This document shows positions 9,316 through 20,123 of a stretch of 64,000 nucleotides of DNA, one piece after another. The translations under genes and the position numbers were made by a program. Below the pieces are notes generated by a model. The model worked only from the letters and a program-made list of their open reading frames with translations. It was not told the DNA's origin and did no database searches. The first letter of the stretch is position 1, and each line of letters starts with the position of its first letter. The DNA comes from an uncultured Planctomycetota bacterium (lineage in GTDB: Bacteria > Planctomycetota > Planctomycetia > Gemmatales > Gemmataceae): contig CAWKHF010000007.1 in assembly GCA_963849325.1 (NCBI GenBank), forward strand, positions 631,108 to 695,107. The letters are read 5' to 3'.

Positions 9316-12300
9316 ATGCACGCAATACTGCGACTACCCCGGCTAGGACCGATCCTGGGATGTACCCTCTTCATCCTGATGACCATCGAAGCGGCGGAGC
9401 CGAAGCAGGGCGAGTTGCTGAAAGGCCCGCTGACGCCGCGCGAGGAGCAAGCGACTTTTCGCCTACCCAAAGGATTTCAAATCGACCTCGTCGCTTCCGA
9501 GCCGGACGTGATCGACCCGGTAGCGATGGCCTTCGACGAAGACGGCCGCATCTTCGTCGCCGAGATGCGCGGCTACCCCAACGGCGGCGTGGCCACGGGC
9601 GAGATCACCTCCGGGCGCATTAAAGTGCTGGAGGACCGCGACGGCGACGGCGTGTACGAAACGAGCCGGGTCTACGCCGACAGCCTGCGCTTCCCCACCG
9701 GCGTCATGCCCTGGCGCGGCGGGCTGCTGGTGGCGAACGCTCCCGACATCCTCTATCTCGAAGACACCAAGGGGACGGGCAAGGCGGATCGGCGGAGCGT
9801 GCTGTACACCGGCTTCAACCTCGCCAATATCCAGCAGATCGTCAACAGCCTGCAATGGGGTCTGGACAACTGGGTCTACGGCGTTGCCGGCAGCGATGGC
9901 GGCACCATCCGCTCGCCGCAGAAGCCGGACATGCCGCCGCTTGACTCTGCGCAGTCGCGGCATCCGCTTCCACCCGGAGACGCCGGGCAGCCTGGAGCCG
10001 ACCTCCGGCGGCGGACAGTACGGCCTGGCCCCTGACGACTGGCAGCACTGGTTCACCGCCACCAACAGCCAGCACTTGCGCCACATCGTCCTGCCCGATC
10101 CACTACCTGCGGCGCAATCCGGCCCTGCCGGTCGGCGCCGTCACGCTGGACATCCCCGATCACGGCGCCGCCTGCAAGGTCTATCGCCTCAGCCCCTTCG
10201 AGGCGTGGCGCGTCGAACGCACCACCCGGCGCAAGGAGGGCAAGGGCGGCTTCGACCCCCGGCGCTTCCCACCCACCGAACTGGTGCCGGGCGGCTACAT
10301 CACCTCGGCGTGCAGTCCCGTCGTCTACGCCGCCGAGGCGTTCCCCTCGGCGTATCGCGGCAACGTGTTCGTGTGCGACCCGGCCAACAACCTCGATCCA
10401 TCGCGACGTGCTGGTCGAGCGCGGGGCGACGTTCACCGCCAAGCGGGCGGAGGGCGAAGAGAGCTGCGAGTTTCTCGCCTCGACGGACAACTGGTTCCGT
10501 CCGGTGCATTTGACGCTCGGTCCCGACGGGGCGCTGTACGTGCTCGATTTCTACCGCGAGGTGATCGAGACGCCGCTGTCGCTGCCCGACGACATCAAGA
10601 AGAAGCTCAATCTGCAAAGCCGCGGCCGCGGCCGCATCTGGCGCATCCGGACGGCGGACCAGCCGCGCCGCAAACCGTCGCTGGGCAAGGCTTCGACACA
10701 GGCTTTGGTCGAGCACCTGAGCGACGGCAACCTGTGGTGGCGGCTGACGGCGCAACGGCTGCTGGTGGAGCGGCAGCGATCCGGAAGCGGCGAAGCTACT
10801 GCGGAAGTGGGGGTTGAAGGCGAAGTCGGCCCCCGGCCGCGCTCATGCCCTGTGGACGCTGCACGGCTTGAACGGCGCTGACCAACGCGGACATCGAACC
10901 GGCTTTGAAAGATCCCGAAGCCGGTGTGCGCGAGCAGGCCCTACGCCTGGCGGATGAGCGCCTGTCCGCCTCGGCCCAACTGCGCGCCGCCGTGGCCGCG
11001 CTGGCGGACGATCCCTCGCCGCGCGTTCGCTTCCAGCTCGCCTTCACCCTGGGCCAGAGTGACAGTCCCGGAGACAGTCAACGCCCTGGCGCGCGTGGCG
11101 CGACGGGACGCCGGCGATCGCTGGACGCAGATGGCGGTCCTCAGCTCGACGCGCGGTTCCGGCATCGGCCTGCTCGAAGTGCTGGTCCAGGACAGGGACT
11201 TCACCGAGGCGGCGACACCGGCACGCTTGCAACTGCTCAACCGTCTCGCCGTCCTGGTCGGAGCGAAGGCCGACGACGCGGACCTGGGACGCGCGTTGAA
11301 CTTGCTGGCTGGCCGGGCGAAGGAGACCGCGACCTGGCAACTGCGCCGTCCTCGACGGCCTGGGCCAGGGTTTGCAGAACAGCAGCCGGCCCCTGGCCCG
11401 CCTTTGGGAGCAGCCGCCGCCGGCGCTGCAGAGCGTCCGTCGCCCTCGTGCGTCCGCTTTTCGAGCGGGCGGCGGCCGTGAGCCGCGATCCGAAGCGCCC
11501 GCTCGCGGATCGCCTCGCCGCTGTCCGTCTGCTCGGCCGCGGACCCTACGCCCCGGCCGCATCGGCAGCGCCGGAGCTGCTGAATCCGCAAACGCCGCCC
11601 GAACTGCAGTCGGCAATGGTCCGCGCTCTTTCGCTGCACACACGACCGGAAGTCGCCGACCTGCTCCTGGCCGCGTGGAGCGGCTACAGCCCGACCGTGC
11701 GCCGCGAGGTCGTCGAGTCGCTGTTCGCCCGTGCCGACCGTCTGCCGCGTCTGCTGGCCGCGCTCGAAGAGAAAAAAGTGCTGGCCAATCAACTCGAACC
11801 GTTGCGCGTCGAGCAGCTGCGCAAGCACCCCAACGCCCAGATCCGCGAGCGCGCCGTGCGCGTCCTCGCGGGACAGGCCGCTCCCGAGCGGCAGAAGGTG
11901 GTCGCGGACTATCGCGCCGCCCTGGAGCTGAAGGCGGATGCCGGCCGCGGCAAGGCCATCTTCAAGAAGAATTGCACCGTCTGTCATCGCCTGGAGAACG
12001 AGGGCTTCGAGGTCGGGCCGGACCTGCTGTCCGCCTTGCGGAACAAGTCGGCCGAGCAACTGCTCAACGATATCCTCGATCCGAGTCGAGAAGTGGATTC
12101 GCGCTATCTGAATTACCAGGTCACGACCAAGAAGGGGCAGACGTTCAGCGGCCTGATCGCCGCCGATACGGCGTCGAGCGTGACGCTGCGCCGCGGCGAG
12201 AAGGCCGAGGACACGATTCTGCGCAGCCAGATCGAAGAGATCCAGGCGACGGGCAAGTCCGTCATGCCGGAGGGGCTGGAGATGCAGCTGAGCAAGCAGG

Positions 12301-12350
12301 ATGCGGCCGATCTCATCGCTTATCTGCTTTCGGTGGCGTCGCCGAAGTGA
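9316..12350 (+). CDS. PVC-type membrane-bound dehydrogenase / heme-binding CxxCH protein; several frameshifts
   Basis: LVASEPDVIDPVAMAFDEDGR, LEDRDGDG, WGLDNW, FLASTDNWFRP, HEAT repeats, CTVCH, GPDL, SVMPEGLE. Confidence 0.9.
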
Positions 12351-13448
12351 ATGGAGCGTCCTCCCGGAAGAGGACCGCTTCCGGCAGCGGCTCGCCTTCC
12401 AGCAACGGCCGGCACACGTCGCGGCCAAAGCGCTCGCTGAACGCCACCGCTCCCGACGCCAGCAAGTGGCACATGTCGCCGAAGTCGTCGTCGGGGCACC
12501 AGCTGCGGGCGTCAATCACCGGCACAGCGTAGTCCTCATGTAGCTGCGTGAGGTACTGGTGGAAGGCGGCCTTCAAGTCGGAAGGATACCAACCGCGCAG
12601 GGCACTGTGTTCGGGCATGACGAACAGGGCCGTCCGAATACCGCGGCCGTGGCATTCGTCCAGCAGACCGCGCAGGGCGCCGTCGGCCAAATCGCTGACG
12701 TGGAAGTTTTCCAGGACCGGGTTCATGAGGTACCGGCCCACTTCCAGGTTGTGTCGGCGGCGCTGCGGGTCGGGTCGGTCCTCGATGAGGCGCTGCGCTC
12801 CCCATTCGTCCTGGCCGCACCATTGCCGGCTCGCCCGCTCCAGTTCGCGGACCAGATCGGGCGGCAGCAGGACGGGGGCATAGTGGTTCAGCAGCTTCTG
12901 GCGATAATGGACGGCGGGCGCCAGCCGTTTGCCAAGGACGCTATTGATGGCGCTGCGCCCCTGGCTGTAGAACCGCGCCAGGAGCGGTACGTCGGCCCAG
13001 TCCCAGTCGCAACGGAGGATGGCTTCGGCCTCCTCGAAAGCGCCCGCCTGGGCCAAAAACGGCGGCCACACTTCAATCAACACCCACGCCGGCCGCACAC
13101 CCTCGGCCAGCAACCGCCGCAGCATCATCCACTCCCGGACGGGACCGCCCCCGGAGAAGGCGAAGTTGAACAGGATTGGTTCGGGACGACCGGCGATTCG
13201 GATACAGGAGGGCTGAAATCCGATCGCCGGACGTGAACTGCCGAGTATCAGCATGAGAGGACGGCCGCGCCCCCGGGCGAGGTGATCCTGGAGATGGCGC
13301 AGCGCGTTGTGAAGGACGGGTCACACATCTCGGGGTGTCCGCGGTGGACGAACAAGCCCAGGGCCAGCTGTCCCGCGGCGAACAGCAGCACCGCCCACAG
13401 CAGGGTGGCTCGCGCCTGGCGCATCGGACTCTCCCGGCCCTGTCGCAT
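12313..13448 (-). CDS. Hypothetical membrane-anchored SGNH/DUF1574-like protein; frameshift near 13290
   Basis: N-terminal TM helix, ILGSSR, FNFAFSG, D-xx-H-L (DMCHL) near the C-terminus. Confidence 0.6.
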
Positions 13449-13548
13449 GGCCCCTCCGGGATGGATCGTTCCTCGAACGGGAAATCGGGCGGGGAATATA
13501 CCCGACACATCCGCCGGGTCAAGGGCAAGTTGGCGAAGCCGTCGGGGT

Positions 13549-15470
13549 TCACGTCGGCGGGCCGACCTTGATGACGGTGGCGGTAATGTCGTCGTACTGC
13601 GGCTGGTTCCGCGCGTAGGCGCGGACGGCGTAATAGAGGTTCTCGACGATCTCCCGCGCCGGCGCCTGACGGTAGACGCGCGCCAGGTCGATCGTCCGCC
13701 GCGTGCCGAAGATGGTGCCGTCCGGCGCCCGGGCCTCGACGATGCCGTCGGTGAGGAACAACACCAGGTCGCCCGTCTCCAGCGCGATCGGCGTGCTGGC
13801 GGGGAAGCTGTAATTGGGCATGATGCCCAACGGGATACTCGTGCTCGGCAGAGGTTGTTTGACGTCGCCAGCGGTGCTGAAGATGTAGCCGGTCGAGTGC
13901 CCCGCGCTGGCGTAGACGAACGAACGGTTGACGGGGTCGAGGCGAGCCAGCAGGAGCGTGATGAAGCGATCGCCCTCGATGTCGGGCAGGATGATGTCGT
14001 TGACCAGGCGAAGGATGTCGTCGGGCTGAGCGTGGGTGTGCGCGAAGGCCCGCAGGTAGGCGCGGACCTCGGCCATCAGCAGGGCCGGACCGATGCCGTG
14101 GCCGCTGACGTCGCCGATGGCGATGCCCAGGCTGCCGTCGGACAGCGGCAGGTAATCGTAGTAGTCGCCGCCGATGGCCTCGGCCGGGTACGACGCTCCC
14201 CCGATGTCGAAGGCGTAGGTGGCGCTGCCGATGTCCAGGCCGGCCACTTGCGGCGTGGTGGTCGGAAACAGCTTCTGCTGGATGCGGCGGGCGACCCGGA
14301 ACTCCGCCGCCGACCGCGCCAATTCTTCTTCCGCTTTTTTGCGATCGGTTACGTCCCAAAATATGCCTTGCATGCCAATGACTTCCCGCCGCGAATCGAG
14401 CAAGGGAGCCTTGAGGACGCGGACATAGCTTTTGTCGCCGTCGCTGCCGACGTGCTCCTCGGTGTCCTCGAAGACCGCGCCGGATTCGATGACGCGCTGG
14501 TCGTCGCGCATGTATTCTGCGCCAGCTCGGGCGGGTAGAGGTCGAGGTCGGTCTTGCCGAGGATGTCGTCCATCGGCCGCTTGAGCTCGGCGCAGAACGG
14601 TTGGTTGGCGAAGGCGAACCGCCCTTGCCGGTCCTTGCGGAACAGGCACACCGGCAGCGTCTCCACCAGCGAGTGGTAAAGGGCTTCGGAGTCGCGCAGG
14701 GCCTTCTCGGAGCGCTTGCGCTCGGTGATGTCGGTGGAGATGCCGCACACCGCGTAGGCGGAGCCGTCGAGATCGTGCAGCGGGAACTTGATCGACAGGT
14801 AAATGCGCGGGTTGTCGTCCAAACCGATCGTCTCCTCGAACTCCAGGGGGGTGTCGGCTTGGAGCACCTTGAGGTCGTTGGCCAGCAAGACCTCGACCTG
14901 TTCGGGTCCGAAGACGTCGCGGATGTGACGGCCGATCACCTGCTCGCGGCGGAAGCCGAAGCACTGCTCCCAAAGACGGTTGACGAGCAGGAAGCGCCCC
15001 TCGCAATCCTTGACCTGGGCCATCAACGGAGCGTGGTCGAGGATGTGCTGCAGGCGCGCCTCGCTGCTCTGCAGCGCCTGTTCGGCCTGGCGGATGCGCA
15101 ACAGCGCCTTGACGTGGGCGATCAGTTCGCGCGGCGACACCGGCTTGATCAGGTAGCCGTCGGCGCCGCCCTCTAGCCCTTCGCTGCGGTCCTCGCTGCT
15201 GATGTAATGACCCGACAGGTGCAGCACGAAAATCGAGGCGGTGTCCGGGTTGCCCTTGATCCGCCGGCACACCTCGAAGCCATCGAGGTCCGGCAGGTTA
15301 ATGTCGAGGACAACCAGGCTCGGACGCTGCTGGACCAACTTCAGGGCGTCGGCGCCGGTGGAGGCTTGCAGGACGTGAAAGCCTTCTTGCCGCAGGGCGC
15401 GGACGAGGCCATAGCAGGCCAGGTCGTTGTCGTCTACGAACAGGATCGATACTGGTGGATGAGCAGACAT
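13549..15470 (-). CDS. REC-PAS-PAS-SpoIIE (PP2C) phosphatase; frameshift near 14515
   Basis: FVDDN, LDINLPDLDG, two PAS/PAC domains (DITERK), GGDYYD, GDVSGHG, TDGIVEA, DDIT. Confidence 0.9.
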
Positions 15471-15697
15471 GTCGGGCTCCTTGTCTGTCAAAGCTTCGCA
15501 CCAGATGCGGATCGGATGGGTTCGCTCGCACATCTTGGCCCGCGGAGACGAGCGAAAACGAATACATGGTACTCCAGGAGGGGCCTGGGCGAAACGCTTT
15601 TTCCATGAAAAGTTCCTAACCGGATCGCTCCCTTCGCCGTCTGGCCGTCGGGCGGTGCCGACCCTATGTCAACCCGGAGAACCACCGGAGGTCTTCC

Positions 15698-16846
15698 ATG
15701 CTCACCGTCGCCGTCGTCGCGGATTTCCTGGAGCAGTTCGCGCCGGCCGCCCTCGCCGCCGACTGGGACAACGTCGGCCTGCTCCTGGGGGAACGCTCGG
15801 CCGCCGTCGAGCGTATCATGACCTGCTTGACCGTGACCCCCGAGAGCGCCGCCGAGGCGGTTGAGGCCCGGGCGAACCTGATCGTGACGCATCATCCCAT
15901 CCTCTTCCGGGGCGTCCAACGCTTGACGGATGCCACCCCGGAGGGCCGGATGTTGCTGGACCTGGCCCGCGCCGGCATCGCCGTCTACAGTCCGCACACG
16001 GCATTCGATAACGCACGCGGCGGCATCAACGACTTGCTGGCGCGGCGCCTGGGACTGGTCGAGACGGTCCCGTTGCGCCGTCCCCCCTCACCCCTGCCCC
16101 TCTCCCCCCAGGGGGGGAGAGGGGTTGGGGGTGAGGGGGGGCAAATGAAAGTGGTGGTGTTCGTTCCGGAGAAAGATCTGGAGCGCGTGGCCGACGCGAT
16201 GTTCGCCGCGGGTGCCGGCCACATCGGCGAGTACCGCGAGTGCAGCTTTCGGTTGGCCGGCATCGGCACGTTTTTCGGTTCCGAGTCGGCCAACCCCACG
16301 GTCGGTCAGAAGGGCCGGCGCGAGGAGGTCAACGAATGGCGCCTGGAGGCGGTTTGTCCCGCCGATCGCGTGGAGTCGGTCGTCGCCGCCATTCGCCGGT
16401 CGCACTCTTACGAGGAGCCGGCCTTCGACCTGTATCGCCTGCACGCTCCGCCCTCGGGTCGCGGCGAAGGGCGGCTCGGTTCCCTCGGTCAGGGCCGGCC
16501 GCTGGCGGAGTTGGCGCAGGTGGTGAAGGATGCCCTTCGGAGTGGGCCGGTGCAGATGGTTGGCGATCCGCGGCGGCCGGTGCAGCGCGTGGCGATTGTC
16601 TGTGGAGCGGGCGGCGAATTGTTGGCGGACGCCATGCGTGCTCGGGCCGATGTGCTGCTGACCGGCGAGCTGCGCTTTCACGATTACCTGCATGCCCACG
16701 CCCTGGGGCTGGCGTTGATTCTTCCGGGTCACTACGCCACGGAGCGCTGCGGCGTCGAGGAGTTGGCCGAGCGGCTGCACACTCAGTTCCCCCAACTGCA
16801 CGTCTGGGCGAGCACGCGCGAGAGCGATCCGGTGCAGTGGCTCTGA
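15698..16846 (+). CDS. Nif3-like dinuclear metal centre protein (YqfO type, with PII-like insert)
   Basis: WDNVGLL, THHPILF, HTAFD, AGAGHIGEY, HSYEEPAFD, GHYATE. Confidence 0.95.
   Translation: MLTVAVVADFLEQFAPAALAADWDNVGLLLGERSAAVERIMTCLTVTPESAAEAVEARANLIVTHHPILFRGVQRLTDATPEGRMLLDLARAGIAVYSPHTAFDNARGGINDLLARRLGLVETVPLRRPPSPLPLSPQGGRGVGGEGGQMKVVVFVPEKDLERVADAMFAAGAGHIGEYRECSFRLAGIGTFFGSESANPTVGQKGRREEVNEWRLEAVCPADRVESVVAAIRRSHSYEEPAFDLYRLHAPPSGRGEGRLGSLGQGRPLAELAQVVKDALRSGPVQMVGDPRRPVQRVAIVCGAGGELLADAMRARADVLLTGELRFHDYLHAHALGLALILPGHYATERCGVEELAERLHTQFPQLHVWASTRESDPVQWL
16082..16141. repeat. Palindromic element (CCCTCACCC/CTCTCCC type) in frame within nif3
   Basis: cccccctcacccctgcccctctcccccc a gggggggagaggggttgggggtgaggggggg; encodes PPSPLPLSPQGGRGVGGEGG. 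Confidence 0.85.
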
Positions 16847-16850
16847 CTTC

Positions 16851-16913
16851 GTTCGGCCGCGACGCGCAGCGGAGCACGGGCGCGTCGCGCTCCGCTGCGC
16901 GTCGCGGCTAAAC
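16851..16913. repeat. REP family A hairpin, copy 1
   Basis: gttcggccgcgacgcgcagcggagc...gctccgctgcgcgtcgcggctaaac; same element at 32049 and 62315. Confidence 0.9.
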
Positions 16914-16927
16914 CCGGAGGTATCCCC

Positions 16928-17851
16928 ATGCGCGTCTTTGTCACCGGCGGTACGGGCCTGGTCGGCAGGCGGCTCATTCGGCGCCTGCGCGAGCGCGGCG
17001 ATCCAGCCGTGATCCTGACGCGCCGCGCCGGCCACGCCCGCCAATGGTTCGGCCCGGACGCTTCCGTCGTCGAGGGCGATCCCATGCGAGAGGGTGTCTG
17101 GATGGACGCCCTCGCCGAGTGCGACGCGGTCGTCCACCTGGCCGGCGAGAACGTCTTCGGCCGTCGCTGGAACGAGGACTTCAAGAAACTGCTGCGCGGC
17201 AGTCGCATCCTTTCGACCCAGCACGTCGTCGCGGCCCTGCGGCGTCAGCCGATGCGGGTCGATGGTCAAGCGAAGGTACTCGTCAACGCCTCGGCCATCG
17301 GCTATTATGGCCCGCGCGCGGACGAGGAACTGACCGAGGACAGCTCGCCCGGCTCGGATTTTCTGGCGCAGTTGTGCATCGAGTGGGAGCAAACGGCCCG
17401 TGCGGCGGAGTCAGCCGGCGTCCGCGTGGCGATGGTCCGCGTCGGCGTCGTCCTCGACAAGGAGGGCGGCGCCCTGGCCAAGCTGCTGACCCCCTTCAAG
17501 CTGGGCGCCGGCGGACCCGTGGCCGGCGGCCGACAATGGATAAGCTGGATCCATCACGCCGACCTGGTCGGCCTGTTCCTGTTCGCCCTCGATCGTGCCG
17601 GCGCCACGGGACCAATCAACGGCACGGCCCCGCACCCGGTCACCAACCGCGAGTTCGGCAAGACGCTCGGCCGTGTGCTGCACCGCCCCTCCTTCGTGCC
17701 GACGCCGGGCCTGGCCCTGCGCCTTCTGGTCGGCGAGGCGGCCGATCTGGTCGTGACGGGGCAGCGCGTTCTGCCGAAGCGAGCGCTGGTGCTGGGTTAT
17801 TCGTTTCAGTATCCCCGCCTGGAAGCAGCGCTGGCTCAGATCCTCGTCTGA
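16928..17851 (+). CDS. TIGR01777 family NAD-dependent epimerase/oxidoreductase
   Basis: VTGGTGLVG, HLAGE, SAIGYYG, WISWIH, GPINGTAP. Confidence 0.95.
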   Translation: MRVFVTGGTGLVGRRLIRRLRERGDPAVILTRRAGHARQWFGPDASVVEGDPMREGVWMDALAECDAVVHLAGENVFGRRWNEDFKKLLRGSRILSTQHVVAALRRQPMRVDGQAKVLVNASAIGYYGPRADEELTEDSSPGSDFLAQLCIEWEQTARAAESAGVRVAMVRVGVVLDKEGGALAKLLTPFKLGAGGPVAGGRQWISWIHHADLVGLFLFALDRAGATGPINGTAPHPVTNREFGKTLGRVLHRPSFVPTPGLALRLLVGEAADLVVTGQRVLPKRALVLGYSFQYPRLEAALAQILV

Positions 17852-17867
17852 CCGGAGACGGACTTGT

Positions 17868-17897
17868 TTGCCCTCGCCAGAGGAGGTAAAATATAGT
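17868..17897 (+). promoter_or_regulatory. Putative sigma70 promoter of tmRNA
   Basis: TTGCCC-N18-TATAGT about 30 nt upstream of the tmRNA 5' end. Confidence 0.4.
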
Positions 17898-17928
17898 GGT
17901 GCGAAGAGTTGTGGTCTTTTCCTCGAAA

Positions 17929-18341
17929 GGGGGCGACTTGGTTTCGACCGGGTAAGTGAAGTGCAAGCGGCGTGTCGTGGTTGATCGGACGGCCACGTAC
18001 AAAAATCCGATCGCACATTAACTGCTGAACCGCAGTTGACTCTGGCGGCCTAATAACGGCTGCCCCGTGTCCGGGAGCTTCGCCTGAGAGGTCTCGGCTC
18101 GGTTGCCAAATCAGGCTCGCTGTCACTTGAAGTCGGTCCTTCGGGACCGGCTGTACCAGCGGCGGTGACGGCTAGACTCACAGCGGGTTAGTCTTTCGGA
18201 CATCCTGCTTGTCGGAGGTCCGAGGGGCGAACGGGTTGGGCGGGACCGCAAGGTTTCGGCCCGACGAAAGAAGACCAGATACACACGTAGATGTTTGCAC
18301 GGAAATGCCACGGGACCGGGGTTCAATTCCCCGCGCCTCCA
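17929..18341 (+). ncRNA. ssrA: tmRNA; tag peptide (A)AEPQLTLAA at 18024-18053
   Basis: 5' GGGGGCGACTTGGTTTCGAC; 3' T-arm GGGGTTCAATTCCCC followed by GCGCCTCCA; TAACT-GCT resume context; LAA followed by tandem stops. Confidence 0.97.
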
Positions 18342-18343
18342 TG

Positions 18344-18380
18344 AAAAGCCGACTTAGGATAATCCTAAGTCGGCTTTTTT
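18344..18380 (+). terminator. Intrinsic terminator after ssrA
   Basis: aaaagccgacttaggat a atcctaagtcggctttttt, near-perfect hairpin with T-tract. Confidence 0.85.
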
Positions 18381-18402
18381 CATGGGCTTGCGTCATCTCG
18401 AA

Positions 18403-18452
18403 GTGTCTGGGAGAGGCTAAAAGGTGTCTGAACGTGTCTGATAAATGTCTGA
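18403..18452 (+). promoter_or_regulatory. Putative integrase arm-type binding repeats
   Basis: Four direct (G)TGTCTG(A) motifs at 18403, 18424, 18434 and 18446 between tmRNA and the integrase stub. Confidence 0.5.
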
Positions 18453-18538
18453 TTCGCCTTGCCGATGACGGTTGGGGCCGTGAAATCAGACGCGGAATCG
18501 AACCCCCGTTCCAAGGGGTCATCAGGCTCGGGTCAGAC

Positions 18539-18756
18539 ATGGCGAAAAAACCCAGCACAGTCGGGCGTGCGGCGTCGGGGCTCTATTTCCGTAATCTGGG
18601 CTACGCGGAGTCTGGCTCCCAGAAAAAGTTCTACCTCGGTCGGGACGAGCGCAGGGCGGTCACGGCCAGCGTTCAACTAGAACGACTCTGGGATGCCGTA
18701 AGCTTGGTTTGTCTGACGAGACTGTGCGCCGCTGGATCAAGCGAGGCAATCCCTGA
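18539..18756 (+). pseudogene. Internally deleted integrase-like gene: N-terminal stub joined to a C-terminal HTH in another frame
   Basis: MAKKPSTVGR...SQKKFYLGRDERRA...LERLWDAV, then KLGLSDETVRRWIKRGNP*; located directly after tmRNA; no catalytic domain present. Confidence 0.55.
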
Positions 18757-18940
18757 CCTCTACAGCAATCCTCCAACCTTATTATCCAACTGGTCGTGGC
18801 TGCTACTAACCGGCGACTCGTCGTGCTTCTCTGCCCAGCAAGTGCAGGAAGCCCGATTCCTCCGGTTCATCACGAAAAGCAGCGGAAAGCGCTGGTTGTC
18901 CCGATGTGGTGCTCCCGCGGGCGCACGGGCATCGGAATGG

Positions 18941-19021
18941 TTCAGAGGCTCTAACAAAATGTGGCAACACGTTTTCAACGTGTTGGATTGTACGGCACGT
19001 TACAAACGTGCCGCCACATTC
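18941..19021 (+). mobile_element. MITE-like element P1, right-truncated copy
   Basis: 81 bp identical to 23594-23674; lacks the right terminal repeat. Confidence 0.8.
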
Positions 19022-19404
19022 CGGTCGAGGTATTTGTTGCCCCGCTCGCACGAAGTCTCCGGCAAGAACAGGCAAGCGTGGCAGGCCGCGCCGTGCAGCG
19101 TCAGACCGTCGCGGAGCGGGTGGTGCTCCGCGCACAGGGGGTCGGACGTGCAGGGCCGCATTGCCTCCAACGCCTGATCCAGATGGCGACCAAACGTCTT
19201 CGGCTCCCCCAGACGGACCAGCCCGCCGAGCGTGCCCTCGCTGTCGGGTGCGGCGGTGGAGAGGAGCACGCCCGCCATGACCTCGCGGTCGCCGCCCGGT
19301 GGCCGGGAGTAGATACGCTCACGGATGCTGGCGCAGGTGTAGCCGCACTCCAGCGCGAACTGGCGGATCAGGGCGTGGGCCAGCGAGTGCGGCAGGACGT
19401 ACCG
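19022..19404 (-). pseudogene. DUF1998 (DrmB-like, DISARM/helicase-associated) internal fragment
   Basis: HSLAHALIRQFALECGY, SIRERIY, DSEGTLGGL, CTSDPLC, GAACHACLFLPETSCERGNKYLDR; no native start or stop. Confidence 0.85.
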
Positions 19405-19407
19405 CAG

Positions 19408-19490
19408 AGAGCATAGCCAGTGTCTTGACAAATTGCAACAATATTTCACGTTTCGGTTGACTTTGTAAAGGACTGGGCCGATAATGCTCT
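19408..19490. mobile_element. MITE-like imperfect palindrome P2
   Basis: AGAGCAT-agccagtgtcttgacaaa...tttgtaaaggactgggccgata-ATGCTCT; AT-rich. Confidence 0.6.
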
Positions 19491-19620
19491 GGAGGGAGCA
19501 GGACGACCCAGCCGGACTTGGGAGCGAGCATCTTCATGGCTGAGAACGAATCGCTGGATCTTCGAGGCTGCGGCGCACGCGAGCGGCCCCGCCGCCGAGG
19601 ATTGCCTGCGGGGCTGGCTC

Positions 19621-20123
19621 GAAGTGGTCCGCAAGATGGCTGAGGCGGGGCTGGAGGAACTGGCCCACCTGACGGTATCGTGTGTGCATTATCCACTTCG
19701 ACATTCGCGGCAGAAGCAGTGCGGCGTCTGCCCGGCCTGTGTCTTGCGCCGACAGGCGATGGCGTTGGGCGGGATCGCGGAGCCCGAGGAAACGTACAAG
19801 TATGACCTCATGGGCTCGTCGGGTGGGGTGAGCCGGATTCCGTCTAAAAGACTCCTTCACCTGAAGGCATGTTTGATGCCGTGGCGTCCCTGAAGGACGT
19901 GTGCGTCGGGGAGCCTCTCCCGCGCTCCGTCGCCCGCCACCTTGTTAGCACCGAGGTTCTGGCTGACGGCTTCCCGCTAGAGGCAGTGACCGCCCTGCTC
20001 GCCCGTTACCGGGACGAGTGGATGGACATCGCCTCGGACGCATACCGGAAAGGGTTGCCGTGGGCGCGGCTCCTCGCCGCCCCACGACCAAAGAGACAAG
20101 GAGTGACCCATGCCTCAGCCTGA
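19621..20123 (+). pseudogene. C-terminal part of a QueC-like (7-cyano-7-deazaguanine synthase/QatC-like) protein; frameshift near 19877
   Basis: EVVRKM...TVSCVHYP...KQCGVCPACVLRRQA zinc motif; C-terminal helical extension overlaps the next ATG; N-terminal PP-loop is missing. Confidence 0.7.

Noticed and set aside
18209-19177. 322-aa ORF overlapping tmRNA
   Set aside because: It is a chance read-through of tmRNA, terminator, integrase stub, MITE and antisense DUF1998.
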